In this document: positions 24,525 to 38,000 of the stretch, in pieces | How positions within the stretch are numbered: the first letter of the stretch is position 1 | Layout: every line of letters begins with the position of its first letter | Assembly (NCBI GenBank): GCA_964187785.1 | Contig: OZ076409.1 | Coordinates: forward strand, 91,204,001 to 91,268,000 | Reading direction: 5' to 3' | Source: Amphiscolops sp. MND2022 | Lineage: Eukaryota | DNA length: 64,000 nucleotides | Translations under genes and position numbers: made by a program | The notes under the pieces: model-generated | The model's database searches: none | Seen by the model: only the letters and a program-made list of their open reading frames with translations | What the model was told of the DNA's origin: nothing

Positions 24525-27500
24525 TAATATCTGTATGAGTCTGAGTAGTTAGGGTTAGGGTTTGGGCGTAAGTTGTATTTTCCACTCCTTGTATCAACAA
24601 TATCTTCTGCTTCTTGTGCATCCATTTCGGGATTTTGCGGGGAATTTTGGGAAGGGATATCTTGGGAATTTTCTGGATTTCATACAGTTTCTGGTATGGG
24701 CTCATGACTTTCATTTTCTGAAGGGGTTTTTTCAATTATTTGGGGTTCTTTGTCATTCGCAGCAGGTTTCTGCTGGGTTCCCCCCACAATTTTCAAAATT
24801 ATTGTGGGTGGGTGGGCGGTATATTGCAGGTTGAGAAGTAGGTTCGTATTCAGCTGTGTTCTCTTGTTGGTCACAGTTTTTTAGTGTTGTATCAATTGGA
24901 CTAGATCCAAAATTCGTGTCCCAAGTATGGGCATACAGGTCATCTTGCGAGATAAGTGTATATTCATTTTGCCAGTCTGTCTCGCTGACAAAAGTATCTG
25001 CGAGAGGAGCTTGTGGTATGTATTTGCGTATTCTAATGCGATGAAGAAGTTGGATTTTGTTTGTGCCAAGTCTGCGAACATTATAGTTATTATTCGATAG
25101 GACCTTTTCGACCTTCTATGGGCCAACTCATCGAAATTCTCGAAAAGGTATTTTTGTTGCTTGAGTGTCTGCTTTCGGGTTCAAGATAAAGCAGTCGTCC
25201 TCGGTTGTCAGAGGCGCCGCTCTTGCTTTTCTATCGTAATATGCTTTATATTTGAGGTAAGATTGCATTATGTTTTTCTTCGTTTGTTCATGAAGTAATG
25301 CAATACGTCGCTGGATTTCTTCTGCTACTTCAGTTTTGGGTTGGTAGCAGGGATTTGGGTTGTACCCAAGTTTAAAATCCAAAGTCTTATACGGGATTCG
25401 TCCATGGAATACTCGTGTTGGTTCACACCCGAGTGTTGCATGGTACGTCGTGTAATGATTTAAAACTGGCAGAGGTAGAAACTTATGCCAATTGTTTCTA
25501 AAGTCTCCTGTGGCTGCTTTAAGATGCGTTTTGACTGACGCGTGTGTGCGTTCTAACAGTCCAATTGTTTGGGCATGTTTTGTTGTGGCATGTTTGAGTT
25601 CGACATTCAAGACAGCGGCTACTTCTTTTGTAACCTGTGAGTTCAATTGTGTCCCCATATCAGTGATGATCGTTGTGGGTAGATATGTGTGTTTGCACAC
25701 AATGTCCATGATTACTTTTGCTACTGCCGGGGAAGTGATCCTTGTGACGGGATAAGCGAACAAATAGCGTGAAAACACGTCTATTGCTGTGATGATATTG
25801 TCATAACCTCCACTTGGGGGAAGGTTCGGAAGAATATCCATTTGCAATATGTCCTCAGGACCTAAGTCCCATTCAGGACAATTGAGTAGTTCAGCTTTGA
25901 GCATGTCATTATTGATTCGTTTGTTTTGTATACACATTTGACATTTCGTGACCCAAGTTCGAATGTATTTGGCGATACATGGATAATAATATTTTTGTCT
26001 TGCTTCTTGGATCATCTTTGTGATTCCAGGGTGGTTTGCATTATGTCCATGAAGAGCATGCAAGAATTCATGTAAGAGTTGTTTGAGTGAGAGAATTTGG
26101 TAATGAGAGATCATACCCGTGTCATTGTAGTATTTCCTTGTTAGGACATCTTGTCTATTTTCAATTCTCATTATATTCTGTAGGTAGTGTTTATATCGGT
26201 AGTCCTGGGTGAATGCGGTTTCATCATAGGATTCGCCTTCGATTTTGTATCGAAGATTTCGTAGGACTGGGTCGTTGTTTTCTTCTAGACGGATTTTTGC
26301 GTTGTCTTTGAAGTGATTTTCTCTGTAGTCAATTGTTCCCGCTGTGGGCGTATGGAAATTTTGGAATTCTGACACTTCGTTTTCTGGGTCATTGTGAGTT
26401 TCCATTTTCGCTGTTTTACGTAGTGTCTCCTTTTCTTCCCACAGTTGTTGTTCTGTGGGGGTTTCTTCAGGAAGGATGTAGAGAGGTTCTTCCTCAGCAA
26501 CTCCTGTGGATTGTATATTGACTTCAATTGCTTTGGTGGTAACATCATTTCGGATTTTCATTTCGAGTTTTTTGGTCGGGTTCACTTTTGCTCTCGAAAG
26601 AAAATCGGCTGCTGTGTTCATAGCTCCGGCAACGTGTGCTATGACGAAGTTGTACTGCAGTACATAGTCACAGGCGTTCCAGAGAGGTGGTGGTTTTATT
26701 TTAGTTCGGAAGAAGCGCGTTACTGAGCAGTTATCTGTGAAAACGATAACAGGAAAAACGCTTCCCCACATTAGGTGTCCAAATTCAGTAAACGCAAAGT
26801 CAATTGCCAAAAATTCTTTTGCGTATATTGACATCTTGATTTGTGTTGGGTTGAATGTTTTGGAGCCAAAAGCGATCAAGGCATATGTTTTCCTTCTCGA
26901 TTGGAGTTTTTGGTTTGGATCGTCCTCAATCATGATGGCATAGCCGGCTGCTGTGAAGCTGGCATCAGTCATCAGGGTGAGTTGTTTGTTCTTGATCGGT
27001 TTTTTGAGTGCCAGACTGCATGATTTGTCCAATTGTTGATTGAGTTCGTTGAAAGTGTCCAAAATTGAGTTTGGTACACTAAACTGTGATGTTTGTGTAA
27101 GCAGTTTGAAGAAAGGCGAGAGCTTTTCTGAAAAACGAGGAATGTAGTTTCTGTAGTAGTCAAGAAACCCAATGTACCATTGAAGGGCTTTTTTGGATTT
27201 CGGGAATTTGAATTCCTGAAGAAACTGTTTGACTTTTTCGGCTTGTGGCGAGACTCCTTATGGGGTAATTGTTCGTCCCAAGAAGTCAACTTGTTTGACT
27301 CCAAAATGACATTTAGCCTTGTGAGTTTGAGGCCCGCTTTTCTAATGCATTCGAAGACTGTTTTGATGTTGATTCACAGTTGGAGGGAGTCATTTGCTGC
27401 GATGCAAATGTCATCAACGTATTGGGCACACTGGTCAGCTTTAATAGCTTTGTCTAGGTATTCTCTCATAAAGGATGAGAATGCAGACAATGAACGGCTC

Positions 27501-29483
27501 AGACTCTGGGCAAGTTGTTGGTTTGCAAACGTTCGGCTGGCAAAATTAAAAGCCAGCATCTGTATTTACTGGTAGTCGGCCATTTGCAAACAATGGTAAG
27601 CCTGGGAGCAATCAAGTTCGCAGAAGAGCTTTTCCCTGCCATATGCTGAGTTGCATCCGACAACGTGCTGACTGGGTGGTTGTTATTTATGTAGTCTTGT
27701 GAAATGAGGTTGTTTATTTTGCGCCGGTCCACCAAGAGGCGAAGACGTCCGTTTGGTTTCCTCTGAGCAAAAATTGGGCTTGCGTATTCCGAGATAGGTA
27801 AGGTCGTGATGATTCCATAACGGCGAAGCAGAGCCAGTTCAACAGTTATGTCGTCCTTGAGATTGATTGGGGTAGGGAGACTTTGGCTGTAGGCTGGTCT
27901 ATCATCGTTAGGCGTCAGTTTAACCATAAATTCTCTGTTAGTGCCAATATCGAAACGATGTCTGGCAACGATATCGTGATATTGCACCAGAATGTCCTCA
28001 ATGTGTTGTTATTCGAATAGGGTGAGGGTAGTATCCGTCCAAATGAAATTATCAAGGAATTTCTTTCTTGATTTTTCGCTATCGTTTGGGTTCAGTTGTT
28101 CAAGTTGCTTGAGTTCCGTGAGTTCGTCATAAATTCGTTGTTGTATGGGTGTGTATGTTTCTGGATCCCCGGGTTGTTCCGGTGTCGGGAACCAGTAGGT
28201 TTCTTGTTCGCCTGATGGTGGATTCGTTTTCATCAGTTGGTTGAGGTATAGATCGGTATTTTCGGTGTGTTGATGCATCATGAAGGTGAGAGTTGATGGA
28301 TCAACTGGTTTGATGTGTTTGATTTGTTCTGGGGTTAGTACTCGAAAATCTGCTATGTGTGTATCTACTGGAAGAGTGTAAGGCATGTCCGACACATTGA
28401 TAACTTGATAACCCACTGCATTGTTATTTACAGTACTAAGTGAAGAGGTAATAAAACTACTTTCATGTTCCTCCATATGCGAACCCGGCGTAACAATTCC
28501 TGTTGCATTATGGTCGATCAAATGTGGCATTTTGCTTGAGATTGCAAGGGTTTCTCCAGGTAGAAGGGTGTAGGTGGTTTCTTTTGGCAGAGGTGTTGCT
28601 GCACGGGTATTTGTTGAGTGTTCGGGTCGTAACTGCATTGACAGGTACGGGAATGTTATAATTCCTTGCCGAATGTCGAAGACAGCATTGTGTCTCTGTA
28701 AGAAACACAAGTCAATTAGTGGATTCGGTAGTGTTTTCATTACGATGAAATTTTTTTGAAAATGGAAGTCTGCCACCTCAAATTCAAGGAGGACAGTACC
28801 AATGGGACGTTCAAGTTGACCGTTTGCCACCATAATTTGAAAATTTGGTGCTGTGTCAATGTCTTTGATTGCTTCATTTGATAGGAGTTTAATTTTGTTG
28901 AGATCTGCTTCAGAGATGGCGCTGGTGGGGGCGCCTGTATCAATGAGTCCATCCAGCGTAAGTTTTCCGAAATCCATTGGGAAATAGTACATGTGGCGTT
29001 TCTTTTTAAGGGTGAGATTTGTGGAAAAGTTCAGATACATGATGTTATTACCTTCATCTGTCGTGAGATGATTGAAAACATCATTGTCAAGTAGGGGTTG
29101 TTTTCCGGGTGATGCACTGAAGAGAGTTTTTGTTAATTCTGACATAGTTTCATTGTCAGTTTGTGTTGTTGAGGTTAATTGTTGGTTCAGGTGTTCAGTT
29201 TGTGTTTCTTGGGGTTGTGAAATGATGGGGTTTTGTGGTTTTTTTTTTGATTTGCGGTTCGAAAGATTGTCGTAGTAAATAGTTATCTGGGGCATTCTTG
29301 TATAGTTCGTACAAGTCCTCGGAAATGTCGGGTGTTTGCGGCTGTGGTTGTGTGTGTATTTGTTGAGTCGTTTTCTTGTGAAGTGGTTTTTATTGGTTTT
29401 TGGCTCAGAGGATGCTGCCAGTCATCTACTGAGTTCTGTTTTTGAGGCAAAGTTGTTTGAAGGCGTGGCGTTATTAGTTTAAA
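24525..29483 (-). pseudogene. pol: G3 pol (protease, RT, RNase H, integrase, GPY-like tail) with frameshifts and stops
   Basis: GLIDTGA, YASPIFAQRKPNG, AQYVDD and LMTDAS (RNase H). Integrase HALHGH..H..CQMC, MDILP, AIDVFSR, ITDMG and GLLER. C-terminal GKYNLRPNP. Confidence 0.92.
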
Positions 29484-31135
29484 TCCTTCGATGGAGAAGG
29501 TTTTGGGTTTCATGGGTTAATGGGTTTATTGGAGTTTTTGTATTCTTCAATGAGTGTTTGTTGGGTTTCAGTTAAGGTCCACTTAGATGGACGATTCTCC
29601 ATGTTTGCTCCAAAGTAACAATTGGGCTCTTCGTGACCTGGGGTGTTACAGTGGGAACATCGTGGTGCGTCTGGATCTTTGTCCATTTTTTATCGTTTTG
29701 CAAGTTTGAAACACTCTTTTGCTATGTGGCCTTCTTCTTTGCAATATCGACATTGGTTGTTTTGAAGTGTGTTATTGGGAACTGTGTTTGGAGTTTTTGT
29801 CTTCGGTTTAGTGTTTTGTGATGTTGGTTTAGTGTTTTGGGCGCTAGATTGTTGTTTGACAATAGTCATTTGCGTTTTAACAAGGGGCTCGTCGGCTTCG
29901 AGTCCATTGAGCTCCATTTCTCGTTCTAGGTGTCGTACAATTTGTTCATATGTACCATTTTCGAGGTACGCCTGGTTGATTGACTTTTTGAGATAAGGAG
30001 GCATTTTTGCGTATATCAGGCTTTCAATCATGTTAGATGCTGCTTCCCCAAATGCTTTTTCCGCGCTTTCTTGTAAGTCTTCGAGAAAGTCGGGTAGTTT
30101 CTGATTTTCATGTTGGAACATAAGCCTGTTGAATCTATGTTTTGCTGAAGCACTAGATTCGGGCTTAACATACTTTCTGCGGAAGACTACCAAGATGTCT
30201 TGAAGTGTTGTTGAGGGTGTTCGTTGTATGTTCTTGAAAGTTTTTAATGCTAGCCCTCTGAGATGGGCATGGAAATGATTGATTTTCATCTCTTCTCTGA
30301 GATGTGGCTGCATTTTTAGTGTTGTATGAAACAGATCTCCGAAGTATTCAAACTTCTCGTTTTTCTCCAGTTTACCATTAAAGGTAAGGGTGTTTTTTGG
30401 GTGAAAAAGAGAAGGTTCTGTGTTTTTTCGTGCGAGTTTCTCGATTACTTGGGCAATCTGACTTACGGGGTCTGTTGGTTCAGGATGCTCGAGAAGAAGT
30501 CCTGGGTGTAGTCCAGGTGTATTTGTTGTATTAGAATTAGTGGAGCTTTGTCTCAGGATGTTCTTGGTAGGTCCTGTCACCATGTGATGATCGGCTTCCT
30601 GTCTGTTTTCATTTATTATGATGGTTTCGTTCAGTGTTTGATTAACTCCCAGAGGAGTGTACGGTTGTCTTAATTCGCTCATTTCCGAAGACTGGAAGCG
30701 ATCATCCTGATTTTTGTCTATATCTGTAAGTATGTTTGATGCGTCTTTTTTCCTGAGAGTTCTATTTTCTGAGTTGGATGGACCTGGTCTATTATTCTCG
30801 GCATCCTCTTCATCGTTTATCAAATTGCTTTCTCTGTTTGTTCTAATTTCTTTAAGTATCGCTTCGAATTTGCTATTCAGTTGTTGCTCAATTTGTGTCA
30901 TCTTGTTACTGTTTTGTTCAGATAGTCTCTGAGTTATTGCTTCTATTTCATTGCTGATCTGCGAAGGTTCTGTCAGTTCGCTACTTAAGTTCCTGTCAAA
31001 AATGTTATTAAAATTTTCAGAAACATCAACTAAAGTCGCATTACCTTGAGTGAAGCTCGTTTCTGAGGTATTTTCTTCTCTGTCTGACGACTGAGATTCT
31101 ATCCTTCTCGAACGTCTATTTCGCTTGTTTCCCAT
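29474..31135 (-). pseudogene. gag: G3 gag (premature stop at 29690); first ~184 codons lie in the 5' LTR
   Basis: ORF 29690..31135 has the capsid motifs FNGKLEKNEKFEYF and LEDLQESAEKAF plus a CRYCKEEGHIAKEC knuckle. A second knuckle CSHCNTPGHEEPNC follows the stop, and the frame ends KDLN* at 29474. Confidence 0.9.
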
Positions 31136-32377
31136 AGTGAAAACAGAGTTGAGTGTGGAAGTCTTTGAATTACAAAGATATTTGGGTGAAATGAAACTGT
31201 GAAAGTTATCTTTACAACTAAAGAAAACTGCAGAGTTTGAGAACTGTGGGTTGTTTGTGAAATTGAGTGCCTGATTTCTGGGTGAGATTTTTGTTGAATG
31301 ATTGTGGGGAAAAATGATTTCGAAGGTCTCTTCAAAAAAAAGATTTCATTGGGTTTTATTTTTAGTAGCATGACCGCCAATTTTATCGAAATCATCATAA
31401 CGTCATATTTCTAGGGTCAAATGTTAAGAATACATTATTACATCATATCCCTAGAAGGTCTAAATATAGCACTGTATTAAGCGCGGAGTACCGCAGCATA
31501 TTATGCAAATTTTTCTGTCTGTTGTCATAATGCCGCATGTTCTGTTTAATGAAAACGGCTTATTGCAGTATAATAAACTAGCGCCATCGCACAGTTATTC
31601 GGAATGCTGGTTAAACTTGTACTCATCATACTGTTTTTCTGATAAACCTGCATAAGACTCATAGTACATCATAACATGTGAGCGCCGGTGTGAGTGATTG
31701 TTATGCTATTCCCATCATACTGTTTCTATAGAATTTCCGCATACAGCGGCGTGAAGTATATGCCTGCGCAGACGTGTAGTCATCATGCTGTTTTCCAATG
31801 AAAACCGCATATGCTGTTTTATGTGAACTGCATAATGCATTATAAACTGTAAGCACAATTTATGCATGTTCTTTATGCTGCATCCTGTGCACATCAATAT
31901 ACTGGTTTTGAGTGTCTTCCGTATAACTCCGGCATATGTGTTCTAGTATTACGGGGAACTGTAAATACACCAGACATAGTCTCATATCGCTTATTCGTGT
32001 AATAAAACTGGGAATGGGTTCATTTTAGGCAACGGTTAAACTGCTCTTTTGTTATTTTTTACTTGATTCACACACTTTTCTCTTTTTTAGAACCAATCAT
32101 CAACAGAGTAGGCAACAAAGTTAACACAACAAAGAACATCAACATTTACACACGTTACCGAAATCTTCGGCTTAAAATAAAGGCAACTAGCACAATATTC
32201 AATTGAAGAGGTATTGAAAAAGAACGTAAAAGTTTGCAAAACGTTTGAAAGTTCCTCATTCCCAGACTATAATTGTTTGATGTCGTATACATCTGGGTCT
32301 TTCGTGATTGGGTGCAGGAAGTTAATCTGCTCAGCGATGTTGCACTCCGGACATCTCGCAAGGGTAACTTGCCGACA
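30583..32377 (-). repeat. G3 5' LTR (1795 bp)
   Basis: Direct repeat of 8334-9793, flanked by the TSD and the PBS. Confidence 0.93.
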
Positions 32378-35011
32378 TCTACATTGCCCGAAAAAACTTC
32401 AGAGGGAACAAAGAAATACACAAAGAAGAACAAAATAAGAACAACTCGCCAAGTTACATCACACAACGCATTACGGACAAGACCTGGAAGAGCTCAAATC
32501 AGCACCCCTTTAACCTCAAAATTCGAGCAACACATTTAAGTTAGCTGGATGTTTTATTTTGTTCAAAAAAAGACAAAATAGGAAGCATATATCAAGTCCA
32601 TGCCCAAACAAACTGGATCCGATAAGCACTTCATGAAAAAATAAGTTCTCAAAAAACTCTAATTAAAAGGTCAAATTTGATACGTTTCCCATTGAAAACA
32701 TCTCGGTAAAAGGTCATAGTATTCCATTAGCTTGTTCGCTGACTGGGCAATGCTACTGTTTACATCGACGAGCCGTGAACGGCCGATGTTGGCTCAAGGT
32801 TTAAAAAGAGCAAAGTGTTTTCAATACGCCAAGGAATACTATAGTGATTAAATTTTGACTTGAAAACAGCTGTACTCTAACTCAAAACATCAAAAACCAC
32901 ACCTTTTGAACAAAATGTCAAAGCGTGAAAAAACGAGAAATTAGACCTTTTAAATTTGCAAAATGCTGCTACCAAGCTTCAAAAAGGAAGGTACCCTTTT
33001 TTCAATTGAAAACTGTTTTGAAAATGTTGCATTGCCTGAAAAAGCCGTCTTTTCTACACGTTTTGAGAAAACAGTCATGCGCCCCATAGAAGCAAAAAAC
33101 TGCAAAAGAGGTCTCTCTCAAGACTCGCAAAAGGGTTTTTCTTGACCTCAAAAAACGAAAATTGAGAAAAACTAAAATTGAAAAATATAACTGATAGGAT
33201 TTTGTTTTTCAACTGTGAAAGATCTTGATCAGCTAGACGTGCTAAAATTCTTTCACACGTTCTGTGGCCAGAAATTCTTGAAAGTTCCGCAAGAAGTGAA
33301 AGAAGGCGTCAGAGAAATATTGATACAAAGAACAAAGAATATTTCCAAATCACTGAGACATTGAATGTGTTGAAATGGAGTCTTGTGATATAAAAATTAT
33401 TCGTTTTTCCCAAAATTTTTGAGCAATTACTAAACGTTCAAATTTTTCTCTATTCCTCCAACTTCTTCCGAATATCAAAGTTTCTTTTACGAGTTCAGAG
33501 TTTCATGAATACATTCCTCTTATCAAATACTGTGGAATTTTACAGGACAGTGTTATTTGCTGAAAACTCGTAATTTTGTCTTCATGCAGTGTATATTTTT
33601 CAGCTTCAAATTAACTGAGAAAGTAATCTTCAAAGAGACGAAATCTGAAGAAACGAAAAATCCTAGGGCCGGGAAAATTTAAGATCTTTTCCTCATTCAG
33701 TTTCTGCCATAACTTCTATAACTCCTCCTTGGGCCTGGCGGTTTCTCTTCGTGATGAGTTCCCCTGCGTGTACGTGGATTCGATATTCTTCGCTAGAACA
33801 GTACTAACATTTTCGCGAAGTGTACAGGAAAGACCAAAGATTCATAGTTTTTGTTTTCTCGATGTTTTGTTAAGTAAAACCATTTTACGAGTCTTTATGT
33901 TGACCTGATTTTTAAATTCCAGTGGGACTCACTCATGAGAGGTTTCTCAATAATTGTGAAAAGACGATTTTTCGATTGTGTGCCACTTATCCGAAATTTT
34001 GTTTTCTTCACTGGGATTCGCTAGTTCGTTTTTTTTTTTGGTTTTAAGGTCACATCTTCGGGTAAATTTGGTTCGGCACTATGCGAATTTTTTCAACCCA
34101 AACATTTCGGAAAGCAATCCCAATATAGGGTTTTGTGATAAAAACAGCTAAGAAATATTTGTCTTTCTTTACCATGAAAGGTCCCCCGGGGCCTTTGATT
34201 TTTTTATTGAAACAGCATACAAAACAGTACCTCATGTCTGATTTTCATGCAGGATTCCATAAATTCCGGAAATCATACATTTGATTCCGAATATGGTATA
34301 CACAAATTGATCTCTACGGTACTAGAAAAGACATTTTTAGTCAAAGAAGAATTGAAGGATTTCGATATTCCCTGCAGGTTCATCAATTAACATGATCATT
34401 GAACGTTTTTTGATAATTTCTAGTATAAACTCGATCCTTTGTAAACTCCGCTGCATCTTGGTTGCAGCGGTGGACAATTCAATCCCTCAGAAGCAAAAAA
34501 GTCAATCCTTTTGACGGTTTCCTGTTCCGTGAAAGTTTTCTATTGTAACGGAGTTAACTTCTGTGTATTTGTCAGTTCGAGTTGTCTTTCATGATGCACC
34601 GGCTTCTTGAGGAAGAATGACAGGTTTCATGAAATTCGAGCGTTCAAAAAATTGGAGTTACCATCGAATAAGAGGTTTTGGACCAAAAGTAGGTTGAAAC
34701 CGGTTAAATGTCATTTTATTGGACATCACTCGAAGATTCAGCAAATCTATTTCGGCTTCAGTGGTTCATCAATCTTTGAGATTTCACATATCGGTCAAAA
34801 GAAGACCGTTAAAAAATTAATTAGGAATTGTAAATCTAGCTGGAATGATTTTATGAAGCCACATCTTTGTTGTATATTAAAATAAATATATAGTTCAACC
34901 GAATACACAGGTTGATTAGAAACTGATGAGAAGACAAATTGATGAAACTACTAGAAAAGGCAGAATTTCCAGTCCGTTTCCCAATATAGATAGATATACA
35001 GCCACTCAAAT

Positions 35012-38000
35012 TCACAGGTTCTCGTTCAACTTAATTTCAAGGACAGTTTCTATATTTTTGGAGTAATCAATCGGGATTTCCACTTTGACCTCTCGAGCAC
35101 CGAGTAAAGCAGCTCCTACGGTCGCATTTGTGGTCAGTCGAACCAATCTTATTCCTTTCAACGTGACGTCATCTTCATACTTGGGTTTCAGACCCTCAAT
35201 GAAACCTAAAACGAAGCGGTGGATGAAATCTATAATTTGGCTCATGAACTCAAAACATTCAAAAGAAACTCTTCGACTGTTTGAAATAGACTTTTGACAT
35301 CGCTAATTTTTTCGGTAATCGCTAAACCGCTAATTTCAAAATCGGTATTTTGCTGAAAAACTTTCTTCAAGCTATGAAATGTTTGAGTTCAAGAATGTTT
35401 TAAATATGAACGATAACTTCATTCAAAAAAATTTCGAAAGAAAACATCTTTGATATTGTGTGGGTTTTTCAGATGAAGAGTTGGTATTTTTCGAAATTCA
35501 TTTCAAAAATCTGGGTAATTTCGAATTTGGACAATCTATTAGGTGCCGCTAATTTGAATCGCTAATCCAATCGCTGAAAAATTCTGCGCGGCCGCTAATT
35601 CGCTGATTAGCGGTGTCAAAACTCTGGTTTGAAATATAGATCCTTCGAAATATCGGAACCGAATATGGAATGGCGAAGCATAGGTTCCTGCTTTTGTTCA
35701 AAAATTAGACTGAGAAGACTGATTTTCGTTTCCCAGCAAAAATAGCCAAAAATTCTGCACAAATTTAAAACAACTGTCTCGAATAACAAAAAGAATGAAG
35801 CAAGGAAAAGAGTATTAACCGTCTCGAAGCAGATCAAAGCTTTTGAAAACACTTCCCACAATGAGAACTTGGATTGATTTTTCATCGTAGAAGAGTGACT
35901 GAAACCAAATACGAAAATCTCACGTTACAATTCAACAGCAGTAAAAGTGCACTGGTGTGGATAAATCTGGATTTCATGGTTTTTACTAGGGTGTCGGAAA
36001 AATAGAATCATACATCATTTAGTCAAAGTTGGACCAAGCAATAGATGACTGAATCATGAAAACTTGGCATGAAATATCCTAATACTCAGCTACCAGATTT
36101 CAATCACGATGTCACTGGCTAAGTACCAGCGAGGAAAAGCATTCTCATGTATTTCATCGTGTACAGACAAAAGCACCCATTTTACAGTCATAAGCGCCCC
36201 AATGCAAAGCGCCTCGCTAATTTTGGAACTGATTTCATTGCCTCTAATTGAAGGTGTTCAAACAAAATATTAATTCACTGGTTCATGCACAATGCCATGT
36301 TTAACATTTTCACACAAAAAATCCAATTGAAATCAAGTTAACAAAATATAAATTTCTTAAAGAAGCAATTAGTAAATAAAGTGTTTTAAAATGAAAAACT
36401 CGTAATTATTCAAGTGGAGTGAAGGACTTGAAGTTGGCGGGGGATCTGTCTGGTGACCGTTTTTTAATAACCTTTGCCTTTTTATGTGAATCGACGTGAA
36501 CAGAAATGATCTTGGTAAACTAACCGCATCAGCCTTATCGCACACAGCCACAATTGACCTTCCCAGATATCTTCCAGCAAGATAAAACAGGTGCAAACAA
36601 AACTTCTCGCCATCCCTGGCACCTTGCATGACTTCCAGACAAAATTTAGCAATGAATCGCTTTTCACTGCTGAAAAATATTGGCAATATTTCGAACCAGT
36701 TCGACGCCTGAAAAACAAGAGGAAACTGATTTTTGAGAAAACTGTAACCATATACCAGTTTTGACACCGCTAATTAGCGATTTACCGAATTTTTCCAGCG
36801 ATTGAAATTAGCGGTAACTAATAGCTGTCCAAATTCAAAATTTCCTCCAAGTATACACGTATTTTCAAAATGAATTTAATTAGCGGTTCAGCGATTAGCA
36901 AAAAAACCCTGCAAGCAATATACAATGTTGAAACACGGGATGACAATAGCGCAATATGATGACGTCTTGTATTGAAAGCATAATGGCCCTGGGAGCAGTG
37001 TGAGTTGGAATCATTATTTCTATCAGCTAACCTTGAAGTATTCGAATATCTTGCTTCTGATGAAAGTCATGTCGAATTCACTTTTCACTAGACCATCGTC
37101 ATGATCCAAGCAAGTTTTCACTGCCCTGTAAGCTATGAAGTAGGCTAAAATGAAAATTTATTTCAATGAAAAATTAGAATTATACTGAGGCTTCTTTGTT
37201 CAATGTTTCTCCACCAACTAAAATCGACTGTTTCGAATGTGTTTCACATAAATGGCGTTTCTTACAGTATTTCTGATTTTATCATAAGCAAAACCCGATT
37301 TTTCCAGAAGCTGCCGTGCTCTTGATGTTAATTGCTGCTTTCTTTTATTAGGATTTAGCAAAAAAAAATGAGTTTGATTGGTTGAATGATTTTCAAAGCG
37401 CTTACCGTATTTCTTCAAATAGAAGTCGAATATAGGCCGCCTCCGATTAGAAGCCGCATTAAGTATGAAATTTTTATCTTAAAGGCCATAGCTTACCATA
37501 TTTCTTCGAACATAGGCCGCGAAATCACTACGGAGAAAGCTTACAAGCCGCGGTCTGTATTCGAAGAAATACAGTACGGTATTTTGAACTAACCAGATCC
37601 TTCGTCGGCCAGTATGTACCCCCAGCCCCCACAATGATGCACACTGCCGTCCGGATTGACCAACATGGTGTTGTGACCAGTTCCACTGATGACCACTATA
37701 CCTGCACGAGGGACCGTAGTTTTGAGCGCGAAATATTGCCAAATTATAGGCTCATTTATGGCTGATTATGCGGCAAATTTTACAATTTTAGAGGCTCTTG
37801 CTCACTTTCTGGAAAATATTCGCTCGTTCGCAATAATATATTTTGGCCCTTTCTAACAAAAGGAACTGGCATTTATGTCCTAAAACATCAAATTTTCTAT
37901 AAGACTACCCCAGTTTGGAAAAAATTGAAATCTTGCACTTATCTTGCAAGTTTCTTACAAAACATGGTATTCTTGTAAGCTTCTTGCAAGCCGATGTCCG

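Larger units (their letters stand above)
8334..32377 (-). mobile_element. Full-length Ty3/Gypsy LTR retrotransposon G3 with cargo genes (~16.1 kb without the nested BEL)
   Basis: Direct repeats 8334-9793 and 30583-32377, both TG..CA. Perfect 5-bp TSD TCTAC at 8329-8333 and 32378-32382. PBS at 30572-30582. Domain order gag-PR-RT-RH-IN. Confidence 0.95.

Noticed and set aside
1..32377. Uni-strand piRNA cluster (all four LTR elements on the minus strand)
   Set aside because: Four same-strand elements arise by chance 1 time in 8, and small-RNA data would be needed.
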